Shown here: positions 9,036 through 19,754 of the stretch, in pieces | How positions within the stretch are numbered: the stretch's first letter is position 1 | How the letters are laid out: each line of letters opens with the position of its first letter | Source of the DNA: Seison nebaliae | Taxonomy: Eukaryota | Reading direction: 5' to 3' | DNA length: 20,000 bases | Assembly (NCBI GenBank): GCA_023231475.1 | Contig: JALJEE010002534.1 | Span: 49,972 to 69,971, forward strand | Program-made: the position numbers and the translations under genes | The notes under the pieces: model-generated | The model's input: only the letters and a program-made list of their open reading frames with translations | Databases searched by the model: none | Told to the model about the DNA's origin: nothing

Positions 9036-11144
9036 TTAGAACGAGGGTATTTGACTGATGAGAATCTGATCAAGAGAATCGAAAGGAGGAAGTGTTCCGT
9101 TGAAGAATGGTAAAGAATTGCGTTGTAATTTTTTCGGATCGGTCTCATATTTCCCTGATTGATAACAGAGGAAAGTGACGAGTTCCTTCTTATAGAAAGC
9201 GAAACAAAATTTCCAATAATGTTCATCTTTTTTCGATATGTTCAATTTGTTCATCCAATAACCATGATCTGGATCGTCTTTCTTCACTTCCCCGTCGTAA
9301 GTGATATGGAAGAAATTGTTATTTTTGAAATAATCGCGAATATGCTCCTGTGCGTCATAGAGAGAGGTGAATGAAATGAAAATATTTAATTTGGAATTTA
9401 ATTGAAATAATTGTCGTTGATAAATGCGACGACGATGGAATGAGAGTGTGGTGAGTTTGCGATGAACACAATCCTCCACTCGATAGTCGACAGATATGCG
9501 TGCCATGTCAAATGGTTGAGAATAGTCGGTGGGAATGATATTGGAAGATGACGTTTTATCGAAATATAATTGATTGACGATTTGTTTAATATCCACATCA
9601 TTCAATCGATAATTGATTTGAAGACATTTCTGTTGGAGAATTAATTGTTCATAACGATCAATCGATGAGCTGGACAATGATGATGATGATGATGATGATG
9701 GTGGATATGATGAGAAGAAATAGTTGTGATTTGATAACTCACAATCGATCACCTCCAAATTCTGATTGAGACAATGTGCCTCATTCTGTAGATGAATCAC
9801 CGATTTGATCGGTACACTATTATTCCATGAGGATGATTTATGATTGAAAATTTTTGAAAATTCCTCATAAACATTCTCGATGAACCAATGAATATCTCTA
9901 CATTTCAATTGTTTAATTAATTCAAAACGTTCCGTCAAATCCTCTTCGTCTATTGGAATGACATTTGGATTTAATTGATAATATTGTGGCAAATAAGAAT
10001 CCATCCACAATTCCGCTAATCGTTTCCCGTTCCGTTTGATGATATGAGCAGCTCCTCCTCCCGGAAACTGATATGGATGTTGTGTACGGAACACGTGCGA
10101 CACATGGGAACATGGTACAAGAATTAATTTTCCATGACAATTCCAAATTCGGAGAGAGATCTCGACATTCTCACTTCCCCATACCGACATGCCACGATCA
10201 TACGCGCCGATATCGAGGAAAAATTGTCGATGAATAGCGAAAATGCCACCAGCGAATGTTGGCGTCACATATGGTTGGACAACATTCTTCTTATTACGGA
10301 GAATGTCTTCCGTCGACATTGAAATCCAGGAGAAACGTAACTCTTTATCAATCCCACCCAATATATAAGTTGAAGCTTTATTAAATTCAAATGTTTTCTC
10401 ATCGATTATATTCAAAATTGGAGACGCGACAATTCTCATATCATCTTTCATTGATTCGATTAATGGTCTCAACCAATTCGCATCACATTCACAATGAGAA
10501 TCGAGAAAGACCATTATATCGATATTTCTCATATGGACCGTTCCTTTCATACGAGATCTAATCAATCCTTCTCGTTGACTATTACGATAGAGTGAGATAC
10601 GATGATCATATTCCAATAATTCTTTTCCGTCTCTTTCGTCGGCGCTGAAGTCGTCGATGAGAACTATCTTCTCAATCTTGATTCCATCAACACTTCGTGT
10701 AGCGCAACTCTCGATCGTTCGAATGAGTGTCGATCGAGCTTCGTTGACGAATGTTATGATAATGCCGACGGTTTTCTTCTGTATATAATTCTCTCGAGAA
10801 AACTTCTCCGAACATTTGTAAGGGAAGAAGAGTGGCGGATCTCGATACAAGCCAATCTCGTCACTCTTCTTAACATTGAAATAGTTTCGGTGGAATTCTT
10901 TCGTTTGTGCACCGCCTCGCACATAGTGCACATAAGAGAAATTGTTTTTGGGTGCGATGGGATGATGCGGGGACTTCTTGTTGAAATGTTGGAAGATTTT
11001 GTTGGAGGAAACAGATGAAATGTGGATAGTTTGTTCAGATCGTTCGCTGTCGCTTAAGAGTAGAATTGTCGCCCACAACCACCAGAATGTGGTTACGGCT
11101 ATGAAGAATTTCCAACGAAAGAGACGAAAATAACGTTTTAACAT
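9036..11144 (-). CDS. GALNT: Polypeptide N-acetylgalactosaminyltransferase (GT27; motifs closest to GALNT2/pgant2), 702 aa, intronless CDS
   Basis: Type II membrane anchor (FFIAVTTFWWLWATILLL); IIITFVNEARSTLIRT, LIDDFS, REGLIRSR, FLDSHCE (DxH), WLRPL, TPTFAGGIFAI, YDRGMSVWGSENVEISLRIWNCHG, VPCSHVSHVFRTQHPYQFPGG, RLAELWMD; followed by a divergent Cys-paired C-terminal domain. Confidence 0.96.
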   Translation of the reverse strand: MLKRYFRLFRWKFFIAVTTFWWLWATILLLSDSERSEQTIHISSVSSNKIFQHFNKKSPHHPIAPKNNFSYVHYVRGGAQTKEFHRNYFNVKKSDEIGLYRDPPLFFPYKCSEKFSRENYIQKKTVGIIITFVNEARSTLIRTIESCATRSVDGIKIEKIVLIDDFSADERDGKELLEYDHRISLYRNSQREGLIRSRMKGTVHMRNIDIMVFLDSHCECDANWLRPLIESMKDDMRIVASPILNIIDEKTFEFNKASTYILGGIDKELRFSWISMSTEDILRNKKNVVQPYVTPTFAGGIFAIHRQFFLDIGAYDRGMSVWGSENVEISLRIWNCHGKLILVPCSHVSHVFRTQHPYQFPGGGAAHIIKRNGKRLAELWMDSYLPQYYQLNPNVIPIDEEDLTERFELIKQLKCRDIHWFIENVYEEFSKIFNHKSSSWNNSVPIKSVIHLQNEAHCLNQNLEVIDCELSNHNYFFSSYPPSSSSSSSLSSSSIDRYEQLILQQKCLQINYRLNDVDIKQIVNQLYFDKTSSSNIIPTDYSQPFDMARISVDYRVEDCVHRKLTTLSFHRRRIYQRQLFQLNSKLNIFISFTSLYDAQEHIRDYFKNNNFFHITYDGEVKKDDPDHGYWMNKLNISKKDEHYWKFCFAFYKKELVTFLCYQSGKYETDPKKLQRNSLPFFNGTLPPFDSLDQILISQIPSF

Positions 11145-11152
11145 TGTTCCTC

Positions 11153-11200
11153 CTAGATGGGAAGATAGGAAGAAGGAAGAGAAATTAGGAAGAAGAATTT
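11153..11200 (-). promoter_or_regulatory. Candidate 3' splice acceptor 8 nt upstream of the GALNT start codon (5'-UTR intron or trans-splice site)
   Basis: Minus strand reads TTCTTCTTCCTAATTTCTCTTCCTTCTTCCTATCTTCCCATCTAG|GAGGAACA-ATG: branch-like CTAAT, long polypyrimidine tract, TAG. Confidence 0.55.
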
Positions 11201-13739
11201 CTTTTAAAGAATTTTATTTGACATAATTTCACGAACTAGTTTGTTCGGTGGTTACAAAGTCGAGTAGGGGAAGACAAGCTCATTCGAATGGAACTCAACT
11301 CAAACTTAATTCGACTTTCCATACTCAACGATTACTTCGAACAAACGGCTTCTATTCCAATTCAACGGAGAACTATCGTTGACAGAACTATCGACTTTAT
11401 ACCATGAATTTCATAGATCGTTGTTCGTTTCAAATTTAGTAGTTCAACTTGAATTATTCAAATTAGTCCTACTCTGTCCAACTATTCCTCCCAAACCTCT
11501 CTCACCCTTCATTAGACATATGTTAAAATTTTTTGTAGTTGAAAAAATTTCAAAAAATTCGGATTTGTTGAAAGAATTGGTCGTGCTTTACCATCTCGAT
11601 GGTGAGTGAAATAAATAATGATTAATTTTAAATAAGAATAATAGAGATCAGTTGGAAGAATCACATAGTTTCCATGAGATTCATTCAAAAATGTCCGAAA
11701 TTCGTCCTCGCAATAACGAGAGAATGGAAACATGAAAATTGTAGTAAGAGAACGTGTAGGGCCCACCACTGCGCTACATGAAGAGAGGAGATGATGAAAG
11801 GAAAGAAATGGAGAGAACATTAATTCTTTTTTGAAATGAATACAGGTCAGGACATGGAAGAGAAATTGAATAGGAGAAATAAAAATATTTGTATAAGTGA
11901 GAAATAAGTGAGACGTTGACGTCTATAAGAATTTCTTTGAGAATCATTTCGAGAATTCTATATGAAGAAAAGTTGAAAGTAAATACGAAGTAATTTCATC
12001 ATTTCTACTACACTACTAACGTTAGTCATTTGAAATGGGAGGGAGAGGAGACTAAAAAAACCGAACGACTTAGAAATGATGAGAGGAGGGGGACATATCT
12101 GTTGTATTATATCTGTTGGGTGGAAGCAGAAACCATCGAAGCAGATCAATTTTATTCCAGCATGCAATTCATATGTCGCCATTGCATTTTATTTGATGGC
12201 ATCATCTTCTTAATGTTTGATGGAAGGAAATGTTATTGAACAATTCTTCTTCGACATGAGACGAATAATAGATTTGGGTTGGGGAGGGTGAAGAAGAACA
12301 GATGTGTTTACGTTGACAATAAGCTCGTCTCAATAAAGTTTTATATTTCTCATTTGAATGTCGGAGGAGGAAGGGAAGAGGAAGAGAATTTCCAGTGGAG
12401 AAAGAAGATATGGTAATTAAAGAGATTAATTATAAGTCATCGGCGACTGGAAGGAGAGAAATAGAAATGAGTGGAATCAGAGAACATTATGTTAACGGAA
12501 ATTCCCCCATCTTCTATTGGAAAGACAGATAGATAGATAGATATGTAGACACATAGAAGAAGTTGTTGTTGAAGAAGTTGATGAAGGGGGGGGGGGAACG
12601 AATATGTAGATAAACAACAAGAACATCGAATCAAATTATATGAATGATGTAAACTTATTAATATAATTGAGATGAGAAGTATCTGAGGGAATTAATTTTC
12701 TCATATTCTATTTGTGGTTTCTATCTGATGCAAGTGCATATGAAGTGTGGAGGCGGCAACGACGGGTAGCGGCGCTGAGGAGAATAATAGCAATTGCATG
12801 TTTAGGGAATTGTTTTTATTGATATGAAAAACGATGAGGAATCGGATGTGAGATAGTTATCAATCATATTTTCTTTTTATCGATTCTCAATTTCATGTTC
12901 TCCTACAACACAACTTTTCAATAAAAACATATTCCCATTATTATTAATTTTTCTTCAATTTCACTATCATGAGGGTCGGTCCGTCCATCCATCGGTCGGT
13001 CGTTCGGTCGGAGTGTACGGACGCGATCGCGATGAGACAGAGACAGAGAGAGAGAGACCCACCGAATCATATCGACAACATTTCAACTGTTATTTATTAA
13101 CAACATCTTCTACTTACTATATCAGATTTTTATATGTAATACCGTTTGGTAAAGGAAACTCTCTAACAGTAAGTTTGATAGAGAATCGAATCAATATCAA
13201 AGAATATGTTATCAGCTTTCGTAGGAAATGTTCGAAGTAGTTGTACGTATACATCATTTTCCATCGTCTACACTGTAGACTCTACAGCGTAACAACCCAC
13301 CAAACAATAGTTAGAATGAAAGGAGAATGTCAACTTATAAATAAATAATAACTTATAAATATCAATATTATACTCCATCTTTCTTCCAGTCCAAGTTTCT
13401 TCTATTCACCACTTTTTAATCCTACCATCAACTGCCACCATTCTCTCGTCGCTACAACTATCTATTACCTCCCATCGTCTCCTACTATATCTTCTTATTC
13501 TTCGTTCTAGGCAAGAATGAGCAACAACGACTATAATACTTCAATTAAAAGGAGATTAGTCTAATAAGACACAAACTCACTAAATCAACATTAATACATT
13601 GTTAAACGCGATCAATTATCTCTGATATGCCGTAAGAAATATTATCAATCTTCTTCAATTAATAACATTACATAAATGGAAATCTCTGCTAATTTAACAT
13701 GTCTCTCGGAAAATAAGACGATCATTCAACGAGTCTCCC

Positions 13740-13777
<38 letters not shown>
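13740..13777. repeat. (ATT)12 microsatellite
   Basis: Read directly. Confidence 0.97.
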
Positions 13778-13779
<2 letters not shown>

Positions 13780-14968
13780 CAACTACTACATTGCCATATT
13801 AATATGATATTAATATACAATTTCTCTCTATGGTTCTGTACGAATTTCTATTTGTCTTATTTCAAAAATAATATTTCCATGTCCGACCTCAACAAATCCG
13901 TAAAACTTCGAATTTTCATTCACCGAAATTCTGGTGAAACAACCGCCGGAAATTGAAGGAATGATTCCTATTTCCTGTCGAATTCAATATCTCATTTTCT
14001 CTCCATACCAATTGGAGAGAAAAGAAAATTATAAAATATCCATAACTCTCTTGTTGTTGTCGTAGTGTGAAAAGAAACTGGAAATCATTTGAAAAATATT
14101 CTCCTTATTCTTCATATACTCTCCCCGACGAACAAAAACGTCATTCATCGATTAATGATTTCAATGATATCAGCACCCACATTCCTTCCACATAACTGAT
14201 TTCCATCACCATAATTTTTGTTTCTCATCATTTACTCTAAACGTCAAAGTATATTAGAAAGAACTTCTACAACTTTTCACGACGTTTCACTCACTCATCA
14301 ATGTTTTAGGCGTCTTATAATAATTGAGATTAATTGAAAGAAATTACGTGGAATAGATTAGAGAAAGAATGATGATTAATGAGTAAATTGACATGACGAA
14401 TAACTGACAGAAAATTGATTAGGCAATGAGAGAAATTGCGGTTGGAAAATAATTAGTTGATGATGAATGATCGAACTAACAACTTCCTCAATTTTTACAG
14501 TTTCTCTCAAAAACGACGAAATTTCCTTTAGAAATCACAATACGTGGAATCGAACTCTTCAATAACTGTAATGATTTACGCATGATTCATTCATAAAATT
14601 CTAACAAATTAACGGATAATCATTCCTAATTCTTGCTTATTAGTTACTATTAGTTACTTACTATATACATTATTAGTCGACAATAACAAATTCTCATCGG
14701 AAGATAAAATCATACATCATTCCATAATGGGGTGCTGTTACATTTTAAATAAATAACAGAGTGTTAAAATAAAAAAATTAAGATTTTAACTTGAAAAATT
14801 TTTGACAATAGAACTTGAACGTGGCTATTTCATGATGCGCTTTTCATCAAATTTAGTTAACCATTAAAAAATCGACAGCAATAAATAGAAATTGAATTTT
14901 TTGAAAAAAAAATAAAAAAAAGTTCAACTTCTTTCTTAAAATATTTAATTTTTTAAGATGAAATGATA

Positions 14969-15005
14969 TTCATTCGAAAGAGCATAAAATTCTCTTTCGA
15001 ATGAA
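14969..15005. repeat. Perfect 14-bp inverted repeat with a 9-nt loop
   Basis: TTCATTCGAAAGAG-CATAAAATT-CTCTTTCGAATGAA. Confidence 0.9.
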
Positions 15006-15655
15006 CTCTACAAAGTTAATTTTGAACGAACATAAACCACTTTAAATCCTCATTTTCCTGTTCAATTCTCATTTTTTTCGGGGAGTATAAGTAATAGCAC
15101 CTATCATTTTACCAGTTTTCATGTGAAAATTAAAAAAAATCAAATTAAATTTAGCAGTAGCACATCAAGCAAAATGCAAATTCTTCACATCAATATTTCT
15201 CAATTAACTTGAAATTGTTGTGATTTTTATGGGTTTTATATTAATTCCTTCTTCCAAGTTCTGTTATATAATGTTTTCACATCCAAGTTCTCTAAGCGTA
15301 ACTTTTCCATATTTTTCAAATTATTACTTCCATGTAAGCTATATTTTCGATCAACTTAAGAAATATATACTACTTGAAAGGAATAGGTGGATATTGTTGA
15401 GCAAAAGAAATCAACAAGTTCATTCATTTATTCACAGGTTTATTCACCTGGTATTCACAATGCTTTTATCCGCTTTCACATGATCATAATTCTGAACTAC
15501 GTTAAAAATAATAGGAAATACCCTTCCTAGGAGTTTTATTAATGGAACAAAATTTCTATCGTTATACTTCAATCCAATTTATTTTGAGCCCTTTTCATAA
15601 CATGGATAATTTCTTCTGTTAAATAATAAATATAAAAACTAACGAACAACTTTTT

Positions 15656-15728
15656 TGGAGATGCCGGGTTTTGATCCCGATACCTCGTACTTGCGAAGCA
15701 CGCACTCTTCCGATTGAGCTACATCCCC
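15656..15728 (-). tRNA. trnA: tRNA-Ala, anticodon CGC, 73 nt, no intron
   Basis: Minus strand GGGGATGTAGCTCAATCGGAAGAGTGCGTGCTTCGCAAGTACGAGGTATCGGGATCAAAACCCGGCATCTCCA folds as a cloverleaf: acceptor GGGGATG/CATCTCC with the G3:U70 Ala determinant, D stem GCTC/GAGT, anticodon stem CGTGC/GTACG with loop TT-CGC-AA, T stem TCGGG/CCCGG with the ATC loop seen in eukaryotic tRNA-Ala; a T5 Pol III terminator-like run at 15638-15634. Confidence 0.95.
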
Positions 15729-16012
15729 ACAGCTAAAAATTTGTAATGATAAGAAATAGTAATGACAACACGGAGAGATCTCAAAATAATTTAAAAATTC
15801 ATCGGCTAAATCAAAAATTTAAATTAGTGTTGGAGCTGCGAACGTTCAAGAACTGTTAAGCATAAAATTTTTTAGACCGAAATTTTAGAGCGAATTTTTG
15901 AAAATAAATTATATTTTATTTTATAATATAAGTAAATATAAATACAGTTTATACGATGAGAATAAAGAGATGAGATGGAAGGAAAGAAGAATTATAAGTT
16001 GAGGAATAGAAA

Positions 16013-18707
16013 CTAAAAATAAGTCGAATTACAGATACAAATTCGTTCAAACGGTTTCTGATATGGAGTTAAACATTTATTCGTTATTGCATATTTATCT
16101 AGTCGTATAGCAGGTGCTACACGATTCATAAAATACACAATATTGTTATGTCTCCAATAGACTATAGTGTCCTCATTGGATGAAATTGTTTGATTACCTT
16201 GTTTAACGAAAGTTAATTGGTTGTTTTGTAATTTGTTAATATAATTCAAAAGTTGGAGATCATTTTGATCACGAGTTTGCCATTGTTGGATCATGTACGA
16301 CGTTTTGAATGTGGAGTTTAAGCAAACCTTCGTTCGAAAGAAGACTGTTAAAGCTTTGTTTAGAATAAAAGGACTGGATTTATCCAGATTTTTATCGTTT
16401 ACCTGTTCACTGATAGTGAGATCGAGAATTCCGTTAGGTTCCAAAGGGATACATATGTTAGCGAACTGTGGGAAACTCGGAAATATGGAGAGAGGGAAAT
16501 CTTTCATTAACTTATGCACAAAATACTTATTTTTTGTCGTTACGTTTGTATTAGCATTTACGTTTTTCGCGTTAATAGTATAATAGTTGCAAGAACAGAA
16601 AATACTAGTTAATGTGGCTTCGTTACATGAACGATTCCATTTGATTTCATCTCGGAAAAAATTGAGCCCACGATTTTCCATAGGACGAAGACTATACGAA
16701 TTTAAAATTTCACTTAATGTTTTGTTGATTAATTGTGGTTGGGAGGCAGAAATTCCTTTACGATATAATCGTTTATGTGGATCTAAAAACGAATCTTTTT
16801 CTGTTGTTCTCGTTTGATTTCGGAGGAGATGCAGAAAAGATTTGTGTACATCGAACACGTTAACAAGTCGATCGGTGTTCTTTTTAAAATTTTTAGTTTC
16901 CTCCTCAAACTCTCGTTGGAAACGATCTGGTAATCTTATCATAATGAATGCTTTTCCCATTTCAATAGTACCTTCATACGACCATATAAAGGCATCTAAT
17001 CTAGAAAATAGACGAATAAAATTAAAATATAATGTGAAAAAAATTGATATTGGACGAATACTTATTAATGATAATGGCGACACTGTAGAGCCTGTTAAAT
17101 TTTTTTTTAAATTTACCTCGATGGAATTTGGTTTTATAATAATAAATCAATATATAAAAAACGAACCGAGAACCATGATCTCCATACAACATGAGAAGAG
17201 TATTTTCTAAATAAAGTTTCTTATTAACTTTCTTCAGCACGTTCAACAGAGTCTTATCAATGAAATGAGCGTTCAATACTCGATCATGTGTGCATTTCTT
17301 GAAGAAGGAGAGAAGGAACATTGGCAACATGTCGTAATTGTTTGTTCCATATAATTCATGTTCGAGTTCGAATATTGTTAATAGATTATTGATGACGTTG
17401 TAAAACAATTCTTCATAACGACAATAGAGAAAGTTTTGGAATTTTTGAGAGTGTGCTTCTGATTTGACGAAAAAGGGTCTACAATAAACATCGGATGGAG
17501 GTACTAAGAATCCTTTCTTCATGTAATTGAATCCGGCAATTGACGCGTAGTCTTCGACGAATAGTGACGTGTAATATTTGGGAAGTAACTTCCAAATGAT
17601 GGGAATGTTATCGAAGAAACCGTCGGACGTCATGAATAATACGTCGTCATTATGTTCGACGGTCGTACCTCGATTTGATGTGGTGGTAATGTTGTATGCC
17701 ATTCCACCTGCAATTAACGCAAATAAATTCGGATAAGTATTTCCACCAGCCACTTGAGCATTTTTGAAATGAGTGAAATTCATATCATTCATTGCATATG
17801 TGAATGATAAGGGTAACAACCTTTCCATCTGTTGTGATGATACTGAATCGATTCCTAAAATTATTACATTGAATGGTTGTCGATTGGGATCTTTATTGCT
17901 GTTGAACAATTTCCGTTTTTCTCTAAACATTTCCATCAATCGAACCGATTGGACATTATAATACACCTCGTGGTAAACAGATAGGTCTGATTCTCTTCTG
18001 AAAGAGATGCCGAAAAATTCACTTTCTATTAAGAAAGTTTTTTGCACTTCCTCCTTATTCAACAATAAATTCTTTCGATAAAGAATTCTTCGATTTAACC
18101 TCGAGTCATTAGTACCGTTTCTGGTGAAGTTATAGAGTTCGAACGCGATCATGCCCAGCTGATTCACCATCATCTTCCAATGTGTCTCATTTAATCGATA
18201 ATTCCATTGACTTTTATTTTTAAAATAATCATAATCGGCAATGAGAAATTTCGACGATTCATCATATAGTCTGGTCTTTTCACAAGCGTTTCTCGATGCT
18301 TTTATGCCATCTTTATTTTTGAATAATTCTACTGCTGATTTTGGCCAAATTTGTTCTGCCGATCGATTCAATTCATTCATACATCGACCATAATCTCCGA
18401 ATGCGGTAATTGATTCCTTATAATTAATGGGTTGTTTACTTTGATTAAACCAATTATTTAATGATTCGACATAACTCTCGTTCTTGAGCAATTCCTCCAA
18501 TATCAAGTCATGTGTAATAACTAAAGGTTGCGACGACTTACCGTACGAAGTATTTCCATATTGTCCGAATATATTCAACTGGAAAAACATCGCTCTCTCA
18601 AACTTTCTACGTTTACGTATATTTGATATGTAATGTATATATAAAATAATTAATAGTAATATAGAAAGTACCATCATTGGCTGCCCGCTATTTCTCCAAA
18701 ACGCCAT
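16013..18707 (-). CDS. DUF229 family protein (alkaline phosphatase/sulfatase superfamily), N-terminal membrane anchor; exons 18707-17167 and 17000-16013; ~842 aa
   Basis: Family-typical motifs NVIILGIDSVS..MERLLP, GGNTYPNL, VED....FNYMKKGFLVPPSDVYCRPF, THD, GDHGSR|LD..SYEGTIE, RLVNVFDVH, RSC.EA....FCSC. One phase-2 intron (CG|A = Arg) joins the 561-aa and 356-aa ORFs. The start could instead be the ATG at 18677. Confidence 0.9.
17001..17166 (-). other. DUF229 intron (166 nt, GT-AG)
   Basis: Minus strand GTTCGT...TTTTCTAG; AT-rich; restores frame immediately after the DHG motif. Confidence 0.85.
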
Positions 18708-18967
18708 AGTTCGATGTCACATAGATTATCAAAATTCCGGTCTTCAACAAAGTGGTGAGGATCACCAAAATGGATCAAGTGGTGCAAGTCGATAAGAGTT
18801 TGCTGATTAATTGGAGAAGATGTGATCGGGTCGCAAGAAAAAATGAAGTCTTTAAAATCGGGAAGGACAATATCGAATAAAGGAGTAGCGGATAGTATAA
18901 AAAAAGATTGAGTGAACGTGGAAAAGATTAGTATTAGTAGTAAAAGAAGTGAGAGTATTCGAAACCT

Positions 18968-19754
18968 GTCAATTAATTCACCGATATAAGTAAACTGTAC
19001 ATATTCACTCACTCCTACGTAGCAAAATATTAATTTATCTAATTTCATCGAAGGTCAAATATTTTAAAACAATGGTAATTTGTTGAAACTGTATTTCCGC
19101 GGGGTTAATGAAGAAGAAAGAAAAAAAAATGATGATGTCAAATGGCAGACATGATGTCGGGTCGTATGAGGAAATGAATTGTTTAAGGTCATCGAGATGA
19201 ATATTGTGACATCGACGTAATCGAGAAAAAGAAGATGTAAGGATAATTTTCGAATTCGAACATTAAATATGGCCGATCGAAGAAGAGAAAGAAAAGGATA
19301 AGTGCGACGAACGATAGACAAACTGATACGAATAGGAAAAAAGAAGATGACCATAGCGAAATAACACGAGATTTTCAAATAACTTCAGAACGAAAGAAGA
19401 ATTACAAATTGGTCTGTAAGAGTCCAAGGAGTTTTGGTCGTGATTCGGTTTCTTCAGGATTGGAATGATCTTGAAGAGGAAAGAAATAGATAAGAAGAGA
19501 CAGTTGGAGAAGATGTCATTGACGAAATGGATCAGACCAGAGACAATGGATGGTAACAGATGTTGAACTAGTTTAATACAAATATTGTCAAAACCGTGAG
19601 CCTTAGTTCCTTCCAGAAAGATAATGGCGTCATGAATTTGTTGCGGAGTGAACCACTCGTTGAGAGTTGTGAATTCTAGTGTCACAATTGAAATCACCAT
19701 TGCCTGTGAGTTCTCTATTGCAGGTGAATCACGATCCAGATCAATATCGTCCAC
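18968..19754 (-). mobile_element. Decayed non-LTR (LINE-like) retrotransposon reverse-transcriptase fragment with frameshifts and a probable internal deletion
   Basis: IHDAIIFLEGTKAHGFDNI (KAPGxDGI), IIPILKKPNHD..LDSYRPI...VLKLFE (PIxK..NYRPISL..KIFE), QFVYR (QFGFR); then in shifted frames LLFLD/YVD (19228-19211), INP (19109-19101) and FTYIGELID (FKYLGxxID, ~18994-18968). Element boundaries are uncertain. Confidence 0.88.

Noticed and set aside
12586..12596. G11 homopolymer as a G-quadruplex
   Set aside because: A single short run, insufficient for a canonical four-tract intramolecular quadruplex.
11379..15483. Short 60-100-aa ORFs in the long non-coding region
   Set aside because: Low complexity, often non-ATG starts, no motifs; expected by chance in AT-rich DNA.
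15656..15728. ATC instead of TTC in the tRNA T-loop as a pseudogene sign
   Set aside because: A54 is known in eukaryotic cytosolic tRNA-Ala; all stems and G3:U70 are intact.
17022..17083. Two overlapping minus-strand genes (561 aa and 356 aa)
   Set aside because: They are two exons of one DUF229 gene; the overlap is translated intron.
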